From: an uncultured Nitrospirota bacterium
GTDB taxonomy: Bacteria > Nitrospirota > Thermodesulfovibrionia > Thermodesulfovibrionales > JdFR-85
Assembly (NCBI GenBank): GCA_964539375.1
Contig: CAZIIE010000003.1
Span: 1-38,714 of the forward strand
Length of the DNA stretch: 38,714 bases
Direction of reading: 5' to 3'
The translations under genes were made by a program, and so were the position numbers. The notes beneath the pieces were generated by a model, which saw nothing but the letters and a program-made list of their open reading frames with translations, was not told the DNA's origin and ran no database searches. Position 1 is the stretch's first letter. Each line of letters opens with the position of its first letter. This document shows positions 37,463 through 38,714 of the stretch, in pieces.

Positions 37463-37730
37463 AATTCTAATATCTAATTTCTAATTTCTAAACAAATCCT
37501 AAATAATAATTTTCCAAACCTTAACTTCTTTTGTAGTTTTGACACAAGTTCTATTTCAAACCACAGAGTGCACAGAGAACACAGAGTTAATATTTAATCT
37601 GATTTTCCAATCCCTTAACTCAACACTCAAATCCCTATTCCCTATAGCCTATCGCCTGTTTCACCCCTTCACCCATTAACCAATTAACCAATTAACCAAT
37701 ACACCAATATACCAATATACAACTTTCTTG
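37463..37730. repeat. Largest composite intergenic repeat (modules A-B-extra-C, same order and strand as 8438-8623)
   Basis: A: attctaatatctaatttctaatttctaaacaaatcct. B: CCACAGAGTGCACAGAGAACACAGAG (37561-37586). Then paired 7-mers (ccctattccctata, caccccttcaccc). C: (TAACCAAT)x3 plus ACACCAATATACCAATATAC (37701-37720, identical to 8599-8618). Confidence 0.8.
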
Positions 37731-37748
37731 ATTATATCACAAAGGGGC

Positions 37749-37816
37749 AAAAAAAAAGCTGCTGCTCAAAGGTAGGGAGCAGCAGCAGTATATTAGGGGA
37801 GGTAACGAGGCGCTAT
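37749..37816 (-). ncRNA. Candidate small RNA of about 68 nt, bounded by a promoter and an intrinsic terminator
   Basis: Predicted RNA: AUAGCGCCUCGUUACCUCCCCUAAUAUACU, then GCUGCUGCUC-ccuaccuuu-GAGCAGCAGC, then U9. The terminator hairpin is 37758-37786 with a 9-nt T run (37749-37757) on the minus strand. Confidence 0.35.
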
Positions 37817-37822
37817 GGTTAT

Positions 37823-37851
37823 TTTATACCATAATTAATATCATTTGTCAA
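37823..37851 (-). promoter_or_regulatory. Near-consensus sigma70 promoter (-35 TTGACA, 17 nt, extended -10 TGGTATAAA)
   Basis: On the minus strand: TTGACA (37846-37851), 17-nt spacer, TATAAA (37823-37828) preceded by TGG. Confidence 0.45.
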
Positions 37852-37921
37852 GAGAAAAATTTAAGGTAACTTTATAATCAAAAATTTAAATTATTAATAA
37901 ATTAATTAACTAATCAATTAC

Positions 37922-37958
37922 CCACCTTAGTTCCACTTACGAAGTGGAACTAAGGTGG
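37922..37958. repeat. Perfect 16-bp-stem hairpin, copy 2, immediately 3' of the formate-dehydrogenase-like gene
   Basis: CCACCTTAGTTCCACT-tacga-AGTGGAACTAAGGTGG. It differs from copy 1 at two stem positions, both compensated on the other arm. Confidence 0.8.
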
Positions 37959-37964
37959 TATTGG

Positions 37965-38714
37965 TTAGTGGGAGGGCTCTATCTTTACAGGGGTAGGATG
38001 GGCTGTGCCTGTTTTGGGGCAAGAAACAAGGCTGTTTACCCTTGCATGGGCAAAATGGACAGGCACAAAGAGCATCCCCTCTGGTATCTCATCGGAGACC
38101 CTTGCCTTAATAAAGACCTCTGAAAGGGGTGATGTTATCTTTATGAACTCACCGTCAGAGATGTTGTATTTCTTTGCATCTTCAGGGCTTATCTGCACAA
38201 AGGCATCGGAAAGGACATGACTGAGGCTTTTTGACATCACACTGAGTGCACCTGAGTGCTGCATAATGTTACCTGTGACCATAAGGATTGGGTATTGCTG
38301 GTTGGTAAACTCAAATTGAGGCTGAGTTACAGGGCGATAACGCCATTTCTGTTGGCCTCGGTCAACCTCAATGGAGGCTATCTCCTCTCTGAGGGTGTTC
38401 AGCTCAATCACACCAAGGTCGTGTTCCATTACACGGGCAAGATTGCGAAGTATCTGCCAGTCAGGAACTGCATCGCCTGCAGGTGATACAACCTTTGGAA
38501 AGGGCTGCGGTATACCCTGCGAGTTAATAAAGGTGCCTTCCTTTTCTGACCAGGCAGCTGCTGGAAGGACAACATCGGCAAGCTTTGCTGTTTCTGATAG
38601 CCTGATGTCCTGAACCACCAGAAATTCCAGCCCTTCAAGGTTTTCTTTTATAGTGTTAGCCTCGGGCATTGTAACAACCGGGTCTTCCCCCATCACATAT
38701 AGGGCCTTCAGAGA
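37965..38714 (-). CDS. Molybdopterin oxidoreductase, C-terminal part (formate dehydrogenase alpha / NuoG-like); 5' end outside the window
   Basis: The frame stays open to the window edge (SLKALYVMGEDPVV...). FLVVQDI, VVLPAAAW.EKEGTF, and a C-terminal molydopterin dinucleotide-binding barrel (ISPEDAKKYNISDGEFIKITS). Confidence 0.8.
   Translation of the reverse strand, partial: SLKALYVMGEDPVVTMPEANTIKENLEGLEFLVVQDIRLSETAKLADVVLPAAAWSEKEGTFINSQGIPQPFPKVVSPAGDAVPDWQILRNLARVMEHDLGVIELNTLREEIASIEVDRGQQKWRYRPVTQPQFEFTNQQYPILMVTGNIMQHSGALSVMSKSLSHVLSDAFVQISPEDAKKYNISDGEFIKITSPLSEVFIKARVSDEIPEGMLFVPVHFAHARVNSLVSCPKTGTAHPTPVKIEPSH

Noticed and set aside
26810-37958. Possibility that the repeated hairpin or the short tandem repeats represent a CRISPR array
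   Set aside because: There are only two hairpin copies, 11 kb apart. The tandem units are 7-9 nt with no spacers. There are no cas genes.

Overview
This is a 38.7-kb, densely coding chromosomal window with about 47 protein genes. I found no rRNA or tRNA genes, no transposase or integrase, and no CRISPR array.

**Organism type.** The gene content fits a diderm bacterium (LptF/LptG, LolC/LolD, a porin-like OMP) that uses selenium and is probably anaerobic. Supporting genes are a Sec-type SelD, a Sec-containing glutaredoxin-like protein, a small 4Fe-4S ferredoxin, and a molybdopterin formate-dehydrogenase-like gene cut by the right edge. The phylum cannot be fixed without a database search.

**Main gene blocks.**
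- VapBC-type toxin-antitoxin pair
- lptFG
- selD with a convergent LysR-family gene
- F1/stalk ATP synthase operon b'-b-delta-alpha-gamma-beta-epsilon (minus strand, without the a and c subunits)
- copA
- an orphan hisH
- dksA-like gene followed by frr-pyrH-tsf-rpsB (minus strand)
- proA-lysS-lolC-orf84-lolD (plus strand)
- arfB-tauE and feoB-DUF89-tsaC (minus strand)
- an in-frame cysE::cysS fusion
- a GGDEF/HDOD signalling corner

**Signals the ORF track does not explain.**
1. Two UGA-recoded selenoprotein genes. SelD has U at catalytic position 17. A 78-aa glutaredoxin-like gene with a U-P-D-C redox motif is missed entirely by the track.
2. A 705-aa serine acetyltransferase / cysteinyl-tRNA synthetase fusion that keeps an internal SD+ATG.
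3. A family of modular, G-poor, short-period intergenic repeats sharing exact 20-25-mers. Copies sit inside the atp operon spacers.
4. Two copies, 11 kb apart, of a 16-bp-stem hairpin that differ by compensatory changes.
5. A candidate sRNA of about 68 nt, bounded by a promoter and a terminator, with an anti-SD-like CCUCC stretch.
6. Two unlisted small ORFs (52 and 54 aa).

I do not see a clear multi-gene novel defence or secretion system. The novelty here lies in recoding, gene fusion and noncoding structure. All functional calls come from motif recognition by eye, with no search or computation.
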